In this document: positions 12,518 to 24,747 of the stretch, piece after piece
Numbering within the stretch: the first letter of the stretch is position 1
How the letters are laid out: every line of letters begins with the position of its first letter
Source: Octopus bimaculoides
Lineage: Eukaryota
Direction of reading: 5' to 3'
DNA length: 64,000 nucleotides
NCBI RefSeq assembly: GCF_001194135.2
Contig: NC_068982.1
Coordinates: forward strand, 10,591,966-10,655,965
The notes under the pieces: model-generated
The model's input: the letters and a program-made list of their open reading frames with translations, nothing else
What the model was told of the DNA's origin: nothing
Databases searched by the model: none
Made by a program: the position numbers and the translations under genes

Positions 12518-13138
12518 ATCAAATATGACCGGATATGGACGGAATGAAAATAATCTTCCTCCGTAGATTAAAGAACGCCTTCTGATCGAAATTACCAGAA
12601 ATTTGCCAAATATGACAAGCAATCTAACAAGACCGGGGATTATAAGGACCGAAACACTGCGACCGCGTGAACCTAGTTTCAGGCAATACACTTAATAGAA
12701 CTGTTTACGTATAATGATAAATTTTAATATCTGAATTTCAGTCGAAAATAATTTTGTTCATAATACATTCACGTATTGTGAAGATAATTGAATTTATGTT
12801 GTGCACGTATGTTTATGCGTGTAGACGAGCGTATGTGTGTGTGTGTATGTGTGTGTTTGTGCGTATGTGTGTGTGTGTGAGAGAGAGAGATCTGATGTGT
12901 ATATTACTTTACATAATTGTAAGCTGTATCAATATATATGTGTGTACACACACACACGCACACACGCACATACACAAACTTGTATGTATGTATGTATATA
13001 CGTTTTCGGTATAGAGAAATAGAGAATTTTGAAAATGTTTTCGACAAAATAAAGAAGTATAATGTTTCTAGAATGCCAGAGGAAACAATTGTGTGACCTT
13101 TAAATAGAATTATTTTGTGACTCTTGTATAATGAATAT

Positions 13139-13191
<53 letters not shown>

Positions 13192-13699
13192 NNNNNNNNN
13201 NNNNNNNNNNNNNNNNNNNNNNNNNNNNNNNNNNNNNNNNNNNNNNNNNNNNNNNNNNNNNNNNNNNNNNNNNNNNNNNNNNNNNNNNNNNNNNNNNNNN
13301 NNNNNNNNNNNNNNNNNNNNNNNNNNNNNNNNNNNNNNNNNNNNNNNNNNNNNNAATGACTAAATATTCAATAAATGAATTAGTAATGGCTGTTTGGCAT
13401 TTATTATACTACATTACGTCAGAGTTACTTGCTTAGAAGTATAATAAGTAATTATATATACAATCGAAAATAAGATGTTAGACTGGAACAAAGACCGAAA
13501 CGAGAAAAGCACGTTTATTTACTCAAAATTGGTCAAAATCGTCATTTGACGGTATTTATTTTTGACAGTTTTGGATGCAGAGAATAGTGATGCTTGATGA
13601 GTCGTAATAGAGACAAAACCAAGACAATCGATACTTGCTCCAAACAATGATTTGATTTAATAACGGTAATTAATTATACGACGATCAAAATTGTCTTTG

Positions 13700-14162
13700 A
13701 TCGTCTACTTGTTTCAATGATTGGATTGCGACCATGCTGGAGCACCCCCTTGAAGGGTTTCGTCGAACATTTCCACTCCGACACCGGGTATTTATTCTGT
13801 TGGTCCTTTCTTGCAGAACAGCTAATTTACGGAGACATAAACAAGCCGACACCGGTTGTGAACTGATGGTGTGGAGAAACACAAACACAATGACATACAT
13901 ATATAGTTATATACATGCATGCATACACATGCGCATGCACACAAACACACACATACATGCATACACACAAACACACACACACACATATATACATTTACAT
14001 AGGACGGGCTTCTTATAGTCTCAATCTACCAAATTCACTCACCATGCCTAAATCGGCCCGGTGCTATAGAGGTGACTTGCCCAAGATTCCACATTATGTA
14101 TCTGAACCCAAAACCATGTTCCTGGGAAGCAAGATGCTTGCAAAACAACCATGATTGCACCT
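13700..14162 (-). mobile_element. S2 SINE (decayed)
   Basis: ACCATGCTGGAGCACC tail, internal (CA)-rich tract, GGACGGGCTTC core and CTGGGAAGCAAG head. Confidence 0.75.
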
Positions 14163-14189
14163 AAATGTATAGTTATCAAACAGCATCTA

Positions 14190-14343
14190 TTGGTGTGGTA
14201 AGAAACTTGCTTCCCAACTGCAGGACTTTGAGTTCAGTCCCACTGCATGGCACCTTGTGCATGTAAGTGTCTTCTACTATAGCCTCGAGCCGACCAAAGT
14301 CTTGTGAGTGGATTTGGTAGAGGGAAACTGAAAGAAGCCCGTC

Positions 14344-14383
<40 letters not shown>

Positions 14384-14592
14384 GCATTTGTGCATGTGAG
14401 TTTGCCTCCCCACCATTACCACTTGACAATCCTTGGTCTGTTTACATCCCCGTAACTTCGCGTTTCGGCAAACGACACCGATATAATAAGTACCAGGCTT
14501 AAAATATAAGTACTGGGGTCAATTGATTCGACTAAAAACTCAAGATGGTGCTCCAGCGTGGTCACAGTCAAGTAAACAAGTAAAAAGTAAAG
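14190..14592 (+). mobile_element. S2 SINE
   Basis: TGTGGTAAGAAACTTGCTTCCCAAC head, internal (TA)n and tail GGTGCTCCAGCGTGGTCACAGTCAAGTAAACAAGTAAAAAG. Confidence 0.85.
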
Positions 14593-15732
14593 AAATATGG
14601 CAGTAAGCCTTCACATAAATATTTATTCCTTAATCCATTAGCTAGTAGCATAGGCGAAAGACCGCAAATTCTGTCGTCTGCTCTAATTGACTAGCATCAG
14701 CTCGAATAGGGCTAGTTTTCTGCTCTGCGGTTTGAACTTTCAACGTAAAAGGTGCTGACTAAATACATTGTGTAACGATGTGGTGATCCTTCACTACTTT
14801 GGCGCTCATAATGGCTTCATATCTGCTAAATAAGTAGAAAACAATATCATAAAGAAAAGCAGAGCCATTGATCAGCCTTAATGGAAATGATAGATCAAAG
14901 ATGAAAGGCGACAGATAGTCTTTTATTCAAACATGTTGTAGCCGGGTTATGTTATATAATGTCTTCTTTTTAATTCTGTGATACGTAATTTGAAGGATAT
15001 GTAAGTATTGTGTTTGATTGAACTAAAAACGTAATAATGCACATGAGACTGTTTTCGAGGTGCGTGATAATGGAATGAATTTAAATATACTGTGATGTCA
15101 CTAAATTGAGTTCGGATGGCAACTTGAAATGGAATGTTAAAGAGAAACAAAGGATGCTATCTACAAATAATGTATATTGTTAGAAGTTACATCAACCAGG
15201 TTATTAGTCAACAGAGAGAAGAGTTTCAAACGCCAAAGCCCAAATAGTGTAGCACTCCAAATTTGATTAAATGGATGATGTCAACTTAGGAGAACTTCAT
15301 CTTAGACATGATCAAAGAGTATGTTGATGTCTAGAGTAATAATATTGTTTTCACCCAAGATTTCAAGTGCATAAATATGTTTTCTATAGAAACTCTACGA
15401 ATGCTCAATTTTAAAAAGCGAGACAAAGGTTGGGATTATTTTCGTTTCTTTAAACTGCTGGAAATGACTATGTGATGCGTGTATGGCCGATTAACATAAA
15501 TTGCTCGTGTGCCAAAGCTCTGCTGTCCGCAGATGACTCACAGGAATGGATATCTATATTTATCGGTAGAAATTTATAGATCATATATTAATTTTCAGAA
15601 ATATATTATTTAGTAATATCTGCATCTTACATTTTATAATATTCCGTGTTTTAAATAAAACAATAATTAATAAAGCTGTATAACTAATGTTTAGACATAC
15701 TATCTACCATGTTAAAATATAGGGTTTTCTAT

Positions 15733-15945
15733 GGCGCTCAGCTGACAGAATCGTTAGCTTGGTGGACAAAACCCTTAGCGGCATTTCATGTTCCGAGTTC
15801 AAATTCCACCGAAGTCGACTTCAACTTTTATCCCATTCGAAGTTGATAAAATAAGTACCAGTTAAACAGTGAGGTGGGGATCGATGTAATGGATCGATTC
15901 CCCCACCCCTGAAATTGCTGGCTTTTTACTAAAATCGTAAATCAA
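15733..15945 (+). mobile_element. S1 SINE
   Basis: GCTGACAGAATCGTTAGC...GAGTTCAAATTCCACCGAAGTCGACTT...GAAATTGCTGGC. Confidence 0.8.
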
Positions 15946-16024
15946 TTCTTTCACTTATTTCAGTCATATGACTGCGGCCATCCTGGAGCACCGCATTTAG
16001 TCGAACAAATCGGCACCAGGACTT
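15946..16024 (-). mobile_element. S2 SINE tail fragment
   Basis: TTTCAGTCATATGACTGCGGCCATCCTGGAGCACCGC. Confidence 0.7.
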
Positions 16025-16545
16025 CAAGGCTTAAACGCCTTGAAGGCTCAAAACTTTTCATGCACCCCTCATGTATGTGTGTCTATATGTATCTTGACCA
16101 TACGTGTACTGATGAACAAAAGAATGCAGGTTACTTCACAGCTTTTCTGTATTTGATTGAGAAACCAGTGGTTTACCGTTAAGTTAAAAGTTTTTAAGAG
16201 ATGAATTTTGAAAGCTGCATTCCCTCGCTTTCAGTAAATATGTTGCTTATTTTTTTGGTAGTTTTTTTACTTATTTAGTCCCTCGAAGCGTGAGGCATTA
16301 CTACACAGTTAATGCTCTTTATATAAATTTATATATNNNNNNNNNNNNNNNNNNNNNNNNNNNNNNNNNNNNNNNNNNNNNNNNNNNNNNNNNNNNNNNN
16401 NNNNNNNNNNNNNNNNNNNNNNNNNNNNNNNNNNNNNNNNNNNNNNNNNNNNNNNNNNNNNNNNNNNNNNNNNNNNNNNNNNNNNNNNNNNNNNNNNNNN
16501 NNNNNNNNNNNNNNNNNNNNNNNNNNNNNNNNNNNNNNNNNNNNN

Positions 16546-16580
<35 letters not shown>

Positions 16581-16583
<3 letters not shown>

Positions 16584-16732
16584 GACAGTCCTCTTTTAAG
16601 TTTCCGTCTACCAAATACTATTTCCCAAGGCTACAGTAGAAGACACTTGCCCAAAGTTCCTCACAGTGGGACTGAACCTAGAACCATGTGTTTGGGAAAT
16701 AGGCTTCTTACCACACAGCCCACTCCTTCACC
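16581..16732 (-). mobile_element. S2 SINE head fragment next to (TA)n and a gap
   Basis: TTTCCGTCTACCAAA...AGTAGAAGACACTTGCCCAA...TTCTTACCACACAGCCACTCC. Confidence 0.8.
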
Positions 16733-17865
16733 TATATATGAAAAGTTTTTATTACAATTTGCAAAACTTCGATATGGCTTTTTTATATCACATATTCTAT
16801 TTTGCATAGGCGTTGTAAACCAAAGCAGAAACGAAAAATGGACATTTGAAGACTTATAAAAGTGCATCGATTCTTAATTGTAATTCAGTACCCAGTATAG
16901 ACCTAAACATCTTCAAACGTGTTGCAATATCTGAATATAACTTATGTTTCGTTTCTGATTAGTTTATATATTTCGTAATATTTTCATTCAGAATGAAAAC
17001 TTTCACGATACGCAGAGTACATTTTTGTAACAAATACACGTGTATTGACTAATGACATGTGAACTGGAACCATAAAAGCATCTTACGATAGAATCGAACT
17101 TTATTTAAGAACAAGAGCATCTACATTAGACATTCGAATTATGAATTTTGAGAATATTAATGGTGGAATTAACGTGGATTGATATCGGAAGAAGAAATAT
17201 GAGAACCTATATGTAGGATATTGATATTGTGTTGCTCGATATTTTCATTTAGGAAAATATGGAAGACAAACCTGAAAAATATTCAGAAGACTTCGATGTG
17301 TATAATAAGTGAAAAGGAAAAGAATATTGAAGCTAACAATCGCTGGCTTTATAACAATCCTGAGATTATATAATTTCTAAAGAAGTAAAAGCGAAATGAC
17401 TGGGTAGTTTAGATATAATAACTAGTTCAGAATCAGTAATATATTGATAATATATAATGCATTCTACCAAAGAAGCTGCATTAATCGATTATACTTAACA
17501 TTTGTGCAAGAAATGAAGAGTGCAGCGAAGGAAATGCAGGATGCCAGTTGATAGGTTAAGAAAAGTTCAAAATTGATTCGAGTAAGATATTAAAGGAAAT
17601 GTAGCATCGAAGAAAAGAATATTAACCCACAGAAAAAGATATGGAGGAACGAGGTAGAATGGTATGGAAGGAAGAATTTTTTTTTTTTAATTAAATTGCT
17701 AATTTGAGACATTCAGTTCTTGTGTGGGGGCTGTCTTTTGTAGAAATATAATCAGAAAAAAAAACTGAAAACAAGAGGAAGTTACTCTGAAAAGAACCGA
17801 CGAAAAGAAGGACAGGGAGGTGGAGATGAAGGGAAGAAAATGATGATGGGGAAGAAAGAAGAAGA

Positions 17866-17867
<2 letters not shown>

Positions 17868-17897
<30 letters not shown>

Positions 17898-18065
17898 ATG
17901 TGGGCGTAGCAGCAGCAGCAGAAGAAGAAGAAAGAAGAAGAAGAAGAAGAAGAAGAAGAAGAAGAAGAAGAAGAAGCAGAAGCAATGCAACCGTAAAAGA
18001 ACGGCGGCATCAGTAATAACACAAAAAAGACAGGACAAGTGTCGCTAAAGAAAGGAATGTAAGTT

Positions 18066-18138
<73 letters not shown>

Positions 18139-18182
18139 CAGCAGCAGCAGCAGCAATAATAGTAGTAGCAGCAACAGTAGTG

Positions 18183-18236
<54 letters not shown>

Positions 18237-18273
18237 TCAGCAGCAATAGTAGTAGTAGTAGTAGTAGTAGTAG

Positions 18274-18326
<53 letters not shown>

Positions 18327-18340
18327 TGGTGGTGGTAGCA
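17868..18340. repeat. Compound trinucleotide microsatellite (AGT/AGC/AAG)n
   Basis: Visible directly. It explains the poly-T/L/Y/S ORFs in the track. Confidence 0.95.
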
Positions 18341-18660
18341 TGCACTATAACAACACGTCGCTGCCTCCACCATTGGTTGGTGGTTCCCTACCACACCTGG
18401 CAGATGACATTACTGCGCCACTCAGGCGACAACCCTCCGATCCACGGGTCTCCTTTCGTAGTAGTTGTTGGTGAGGGTCCTTGTAGGGTATAAAGGTAGG
18501 GTATTTCCAGACAAGCGGTCAACCTGCGAAGCATTCAACCAAGTGAGGAAGCAAATCCTACCTCAACCTCTTTTAGTCACCTTTCATGACACGCAGTGGG
18601 TAAGTTCGCTCCATTTCCTGACAAGCCGTTCGCTAAACAGCTCAAAGAAAAGTATGTGTT
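18340..18660 (-). mobile_element. GC-richer segment resembling an RTE-type LINE 5' region
   Basis: Minus strand GCGTGTCATGAAAGGTGACTAAAAGAGG resembles the CGTGTCGTAAAAGGCGACTAA motif I associate with RTE 5' ends. A similar motif occurs at about 60565-60590. Confidence 0.3.
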
Positions 18661-18772
18661 TGAAAATTACACACAGTGAAACATGTATGCGTGATTCAAT
18701 TGTTCACATCGCAATTATGTAATTCTGCATTCGAATCTATTCATATACTTAACTGCAGGTAAATAAATATAA

Positions 18773-18803
<31 letters not shown>

Positions 18804-18959
18804 AGCATATACATTCATACACTTGCATTCATACAGACCATTCTCACATACACACACGCACGCGCATCTTTAGTTGCGAGTCACCATCACTTTATTATCT
18901 CCCATCCTTCCAACCTCTTCTTTCAAATTTCTTTTCTAATCAGTCGCCATACTTGACCG

Positions 18960-19150
18960 CTAAATCTACAGTTTGGTTTCATTCTCTTTCTGTTTCTTTC
19001 TCTTATTCTTTTCTGATGAAGAGCGTAGGCTCGAAACGTAAAGGACGTATTCATCTATCATTTTCTCGAGCGTCAAATTAAACTAATACACCTGTTTGTT
19101 GTTCATACACTTGCCTTCGACTATTCTTTTTCTATAAATTTCATATATAT
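18960..19150 (+). mobile_element. Family B Penelope-like short repeat
   Basis: Same body as 4410-4580 and 42845-43000 (…GAGCGTCAAATTAAACTAATACACCTGTTTGTTG…). Confidence 0.65.
19008..19045 (+). ncRNA. Minimal type I hammerhead ribozyme motif, intact core
   Basis: UUUU-CUGAUGA-A-GAGC-GUAG-GCUC-GAAAC-GUA|AAGG. Stem II is perfect (4 bp). Stem I is 4 bp with two G.U pairs. Confidence 0.55.
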
Positions 19151-19249
19151 ATATATGTATATATATATATCTTCTATTTTATAATTATTCGAAATCTTCC
19201 ATTGAGGAGGGAGCCTGTTACCAACAAAGAAACAAGGCTCAGAGTAGGG

Positions 19250-19725
19250 AAGCAAAAGTTTCGAAATGGCTGCAACATTTTAAACTCTCACATTGCGCAT
19301 CAATAGGTTTAGGAATTCAAAGATAGATTAATAACATTTACATATAGTTACAAAACGAATAATGTATTCTACGTGGCTTCCATCGTTGCACACGGCCCCG
19401 GAACTCCGTACAGCTCTTCACCGGGAAGTCACAGGACATCTTGACCCACTCCTCATTGATGGCAGCCTTCAGAGAGTTGATGTTGGGGTGGGAGGTTTTG
19501 TTGATGGCATGTTCCAAAATGACCCAAACGACAGGTCAGAAAGCAGCAAAGTTGGATTTGCAGATATTCTGAACCTTCTTGGCAGTATGGCTGGGAACAC
19601 TATCCTGTGTCCACACAGAGTTGCCCTCCGTTAATCTTCAGTCATAGAAAGACATGGTACCTCAGCGTTTTTTAGTCAGCATTAGCACCCATACTTTCTC
19701 CTGGATTGTAGCAGTAGATGGGCAT
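19250..19725 (-). pseudogene. C-terminal relic of a maT/DD37D-type Tc1/mariner transposase plus 3' end
   Basis: Frameshifted translation MPIYCYNPGEKVGANAD*KTLRYHV…EGNSVWTQDSVPSHTAKKVQNICKSNF…VWVILEHAINKTSHPNINSLKAAINEEWVKMS. Interrupted upstream by an S2 SINE. Confidence 0.8.
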
Positions 19726-19754
19726 TCTTTCCGGAAAGACCCTATTTTTATACT

Positions 19755-20025
19755 CTTTATGAACCACATGGTTGCGAGTTCAGTCCCACTGCGTGGCATC
19801 TTGGGGAGGAGTCTTCTACTGTGGCCTCGGGTCGACCGAAGTCTTGTGAGTGGATTTGGTAGACGGAAACTGAAAGAATCCCGTCGTATATATGTATGTA
19901 TATATATATATATGTATATGTATGTGTGTGTGTATATGTTTGTGTGTCTGTATTTGTCTCCCCAACATCGCTTGACAACTGATGTTAGTGTGTTCACGTC
20001 CCCGTAACTTAGCGGTTCGGCCAAA
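19755..20025 (+). mobile_element. S2 SINE (runs into gap)
   Basis: AACCACATGGTTGCGAGTTCAGTCCCACTGCGTGGCATC…GGATTTGGTAGACGGAAACTGAAAG…(TA)n…CCCCGTAACTTAGCGGTTCGG. Confidence 0.9.
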
Positions 20026-20129
20026 NNNNNNNNNNNNNNNNNNNNNNNNNNNNNNNNNNNNNNNNNNNNNNNNNNNNNNNNNNNNNNNNNNNNNNNNNNN
20101 NNNNNNNNNNNNNNNNNNNNNNNNNNNNN

Positions 20130-20168
<39 letters not shown>

Positions 20169-21431
20169 AAGAGAGAGACAGAGAGAGAGAGAGAGAAAGA
20201 GCGAGAAAGATATATATATATATATATATATATGTAGCTATATAAAATCTCTGAGCGAGATATAAAGAGCAACAATACGGAATCGTAACATATAAATGCC
20301 AACCAAGTGTGGCGTCCTATACAGGACAGTGGTACGTACTTACGTTTATAGGCCCAGAAAAATATCTCTTCCATCTGGCTAACGACACACATTCTGTATC
20401 TGATTAGCATTTGCGAGGCGAAGGTCATCGCTCTCATCTCTAGCCTTACGTGATACACACGGACTCCAGTTACTGGGTGGTTACCCGTCCTCAGCGTGTG
20501 TTGAATACCAGCTAGTGATGAAAACTCATAATGACGGTGTGAAAAATTTTGGAAACGGAAGTGAAGAGCTAAGTCTGAAGTAAGTGTACACGTTTAATGC
20601 GTTAGAATTTATTTCTAATTGAATTTGTTTCGTGTAAAAAAAAAAAAANNNNNNNNNNNNNNNNNNNNNNNNNNNNNNNNNNNNNNNNNNNNNNNNNNNN
20701 NNNNNNNNNNNNNNNNNNNNNNNNNNNNNNNNNNNNNNNNNNNNNNNNNNNNNNNNNNNNNNNNNNNNNNNNNNNNNNNNNNNNNNNNNNNNNNNNNNNN
20801 NNNNNNNNNNNNNNNNNNNNNNNNNNNNNNNNNNNNNNNNNNNNNNNNNNNNNNNNNNNNNNNNNNNNNNNNNNNNNNNNNNNNNNNNNNNNNNNNNNNN
20901 NNNNNNNNNNNNNNNNNNNNNNNNNNNNNNNNNNNNNNNNNNNNNNNNNNNNNNNNNNNNNNNNNNNNNNNNNNNNNNNNNNNNNNNNNNNNNNNNNNNN
21001 NNNNNNNNNNNNNNNNNNNNNNNNNNNNNNNNNNNNNNNNNNNNNNNNNNNNNNNNNNNNNNNNNNNNNNNNNNNNNNNNNNNNNNNNNNNNNNNNAAAT
21101 AAAACGAAGGTATGGAGATTAAATACGCTTTACATCGCTTAATCAGCCAAAGGAGTAAATATAAACAACTGAATACTTGTCAGTGATTGGTTGAAATTAT
21201 CGAAATAAGACAATTTTTTACATGAAATAAATTCGAATACAAAAATATTTTTCTGTTCTATAACACAAAATAGATAAGTATACGAAGTTTGAAAGTCTTT
21301 CGGTACCAAAAACACTACGTAAAACAATAATGAAAAATGTGGCCCCCGTTTTAAAATAGATCCGCGATACATTCCGCCTTCCTGGAAGGGGGATGGTAGA
21401 ACTTCAACGTTTAAGAACTTTTGAGTGAACC

Positions 21432-22570
21432 ATGAATAACTTGTCCAGTGACGAAGAAACGCTAATAGCGTGTTGTTTAGAACATGACCTCGTGGAAGGC
21501 GGAATAAAAGAAAGGAATAGAGAGAAGAAAGCAGAGCAAAGCGGAAAAGAAGAAAACGCGGAGAGAAACGTAAACGTCGCGTCGGCTGCCAGCGTGGCAA
21601 AAGAAAACGTCTGCTTTGAACCGGGCAGACACAAGTATATACTACGATAAGAGGGTAACGAGGTGAAAGGTTCACCGCTCGGTGAAGTTATACAGGATGC
21701 AGCAAGGAGAACTGTGATTTATAAAACAGTGTCAGTGAAAACAAAAAGAATAGAACAAGCGACTAAAGAAGCAGTAGAGAAATACATTCGCCCTATTTGG
21801 ATGGATATTACCTACATAACAATGAGAAAGCGATACGGCGCAATGGAGGTGCGTTTTTGAACCAAAGAAAAAAACTAAGCAATATTCAACGAACTCATTG
21901 AAAACAGCCGAGAAGGCTCTCCTGCCCACATTCTTGGTAGACGATCTTCCAAAGTAAGGGTGGGGGAGGAGAAACACCACCGGAAATAGATTTTGTTTGG
22001 CGTATTGGAGCTATATAAATGGGCTTGTGGGGAGAAATAACAGAACTGGGTATGACAGACCTTAGAGTTAATAATTCAGGCCGTACCAGAAGACCTAGAA
22101 AAAATAATCGATATTATTTCGGTGGGGGGAGACGAGGTTGGGGGTAAACGTGGAAGGCAGGAAGCCCAGATACTATAAATGTGGTCAAAAAGGGCACATT
22201 AGGGCTGAATGAGAGCCACCACCGGCGGCAGAAAAAGAAGACCCCCGACCTACCCACCCACCGAAGAAGAAGTCAGCAGAGGTTGCACCAGCGACAGAAT
22301 CAGCAGCACCTCAACCACGGCTGACGAAACTAAAAACATCTACAACGTCGGCGAAAAACCAACAAAGCAAAAACAAAGCAGAGGTTATATCTATTCGAGA
22401 CACTACAGAGAGAGAGACAAAAGACAGAAAGTGGGAGCACGTGAGGAGAAAAAAAGAGAAGAAGAAAAGACTCAAACCACGCCCCCACAGAAACACCTGC
22501 ACATTCACAACCCAACCCTCCCACCTCACATGGACATAACGGCTATTTATAACAAAAACAATTTTTTTTT
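21432..22570 (+). pseudogene. Decayed ORF1 (gag-like, zinc knuckle) of a Tx1/L1-type non-LTR retrotransposon
   Basis: RRTVIYKTVSVKTKRIEQ…YITMRKRYGAMEVRF…GRRSSKVRVGG. Degenerate CCHC knuckle PRYYKCGQKGHIRAE* at 22165-22212. Stops and frameshifts present. Confidence 0.65.
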
Positions 22571-22819
22571 TTAATGATAGCAAAGCAGAAAATGACAAAA
22601 ACATTCAAACCACCAGATAACACAGACACCCCAAAAACAGAACTTTTCATATTATATAGAGAAAATTATGACTACTTAAAGAAAAAAAACTTACGATGAG
22701 ACGTTAGTCTTTGGGTAAGAAACCACTCTGAAAAAATGTACAGAAAACTAACAATCAACTCACCAACCACTGCTGCAGAAGTGTTCCTGGCCGGAACACA
22801 TTTAAAAAAACGTAAACAT

Positions 22820-22990
22820 CAATCATGTGCTCGCTTAATTTAGGATGTATAAAGATGCGTGGCCTGAAATCGGATTGGAAGCAAGCTTGCTTCCTAAACG
22901 ATCTCAAGTCACATCAGTTAGATGTAATAGGTCTTACTGAGACCAGACTGAGGGGACTGCAGTACTTTGTGCCGTTCCTTAACTACTTAA
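22820..22990 (+). pseudogene. N-terminal ~50 codons of an APE-type endonuclease (ORF2) of the same LINE
   Basis: LNLGCIKMRGLKSDWKQACFLNDLKSHQLDVIGLTETRL matches the xNxRGL…D(V/I)xxLxET motif of APE endonucleases. Confidence 0.75.
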
Positions 22991-23535
22991 CATATAATTG
23001 CCAAACATGTGTGGTGTCCTATAGAGGTCAGTGCTACTAAAGTTTATAGCCTCAGGAAGACATTTCTTCCAGCTGCCTGACGATACACATTCTGTGTCCG
23101 GTTAATATTTGCAAGGGGAGGTCATAGTTCCCATCTCTAGCCTTACTTGATACACACAGACTCGAGTTTCTTGGTGGTTACCCGTCCTCTACTGTTTATA
23201 TTTCGCTCAGAGATTTAATATAGTTTATTTATCTTTTTTCGAGATCAGCGACAGTTTGTCGCCGGAAAAAGCATGTAGTATTTTGAAAGTGGAATGAGTT
23301 TTCATAATTAGCTGGTGATTAACACACACCGAGCACGGGTAAACCACCCAGAAACTCGAGTCCGTGTGTATCGTGTAAGGCTAGAGATGGGAGAGATGAC
23401 CACCCCTCGCAAATACTAATCGGACACAGAATGTGTCGTTAGCAAGCTGGAAGAGATGTCTTCCTGGGGCAATAAACGTCAGTAGCACAGTCCAGTACAG
23501 GACGCCACACTTGGTTGATAACTATATGTTACGAT
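22988..23535. repeat. Inverted pair of a ~250-bp repeat also present at 20282-20529
   Basis: 22988-23189 (+) and 23294-23535 (-) both match 20282-20529 (e.g. CCATCTCTAGCCTTAC, GACTCGAGTTTC, GTGGTTACCCGT). Confidence 0.85.
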
Positions 23536-24167
23536 ATATATACAGTGAAGTAGAAAGGCAGATAAATATCATTAGAAACATATCAATGCGCAATTTGCAC
23601 ATGAGGTCATAGGTGTGTATCATGCAACAGGTTACGATGAAATTGTTAAGCCAAGTTGAGCGTCCTTCCTCAAGAGCCAAATGGCAAATAATATATAACC
23701 TCATCAGATATACATATATGTACAAGCGCGCGCGCGTGTGAGTCTATATGTGTGTGCGTTCGCGCGCGTGCGTGTGTACAGATATGCCAGTCCTGTCAAG
23801 AACACATCTTACTTCGTACAGAACGGAGATAAATCTAGTGTTCAGTAATCTAATAGTTAGCAGTTTCAGAAATGCGTTAGTAATCTTTGCAATAGAAATG
23901 ACACGGAATTGAAGAAGAGATATTCCATACAAACAAATATGTGAAAATTCTAGGATCTTGCATAATTTTGACAAATTAATGTTTTCTCATCAGCTTATTC
24001 ATAATTGAGCAGTTTATCTAGCTGGTTATATATAATGGGAGGTAACTAGTTGTGTTCGTGCAACTTCGACTGAGAGAGAAGAGATATCGAGTTAGTTATG
24101 GATTTGCATCAAAGCGATATTATTTGGGATTGAAAATTAAAATATGCAAATTGATTAACCGACACAA

Positions 24168-24706
24168 TACTCTTTACTCTTTTACTTGCTCCAGTCATTT
24201 GACTGCAGCCGTGCTGGAGCACCGCCTTTAGTCGAGCAAATCGACCCCAGGACTTATTCTTTGTAAGCCTAGTATTTATTCTATCGGTCTGTTTTGCCGA
24301 ACCGCTAAGTTACGGGGACGTAAACACACCAGCATCGATTGNNNNNNNNNNNNNNNNNNNNNNNNNNNNNNNNNNNNNNNNNNNNNNNNNNNNNNNNNNN
24401 NNNNNNNNNNNNNNNNNNNNNNNNNNNNNNNNNNNNNNNNNNNNNNNNNNNNNNNNNNNNNNNNNNNNNNNNNNNNNNNNNNNNNNNNNNNNNNNNNNNN
24501 NNNNNNNNNNNNNNNNNNNNNNNNNNNNNNNNNNNNNNNNNNNNNNNNNNNNNNNNNNNNNNNNNNNNNNNNNNNNNNNNNNNNNNNNNNNNNNNNNNNN
24601 NNNNNNNNNNNNNNNNNNNNNNNNNNNNNNNNNNNNNNNNNNNNNNNNNNNNNNNNNNNNNNNNNNNNNNNNNNNNNNNNNNNNNNNNNNNNNNNNNNNN
24701 NNNNNN

Positions 24707-24747
<41 letters not shown>

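Noticed and set aside
12555-12695. Possible terminal exon after CTTCCTCCGTAG
   Set aside because: It is only 42 codons, has no homology and is adjacent to a foldback end.
14935-15006. Strong donor GTAAGT at 15001
   Set aside because: All three frames from the nearest acceptor contain stops.
17100-17680. Purine-rich segment faintly like a decayed RTE endonuclease
   Set aside because: There are many stops in all frames and no motif I can anchor.
17691-18394. Poly-T/L/Y/S ORFs, also 32518-32895, 36668-37397, 44096-44661 and 61055-61513
   Set aside because: They are translations of microsatellites with no coding signal.
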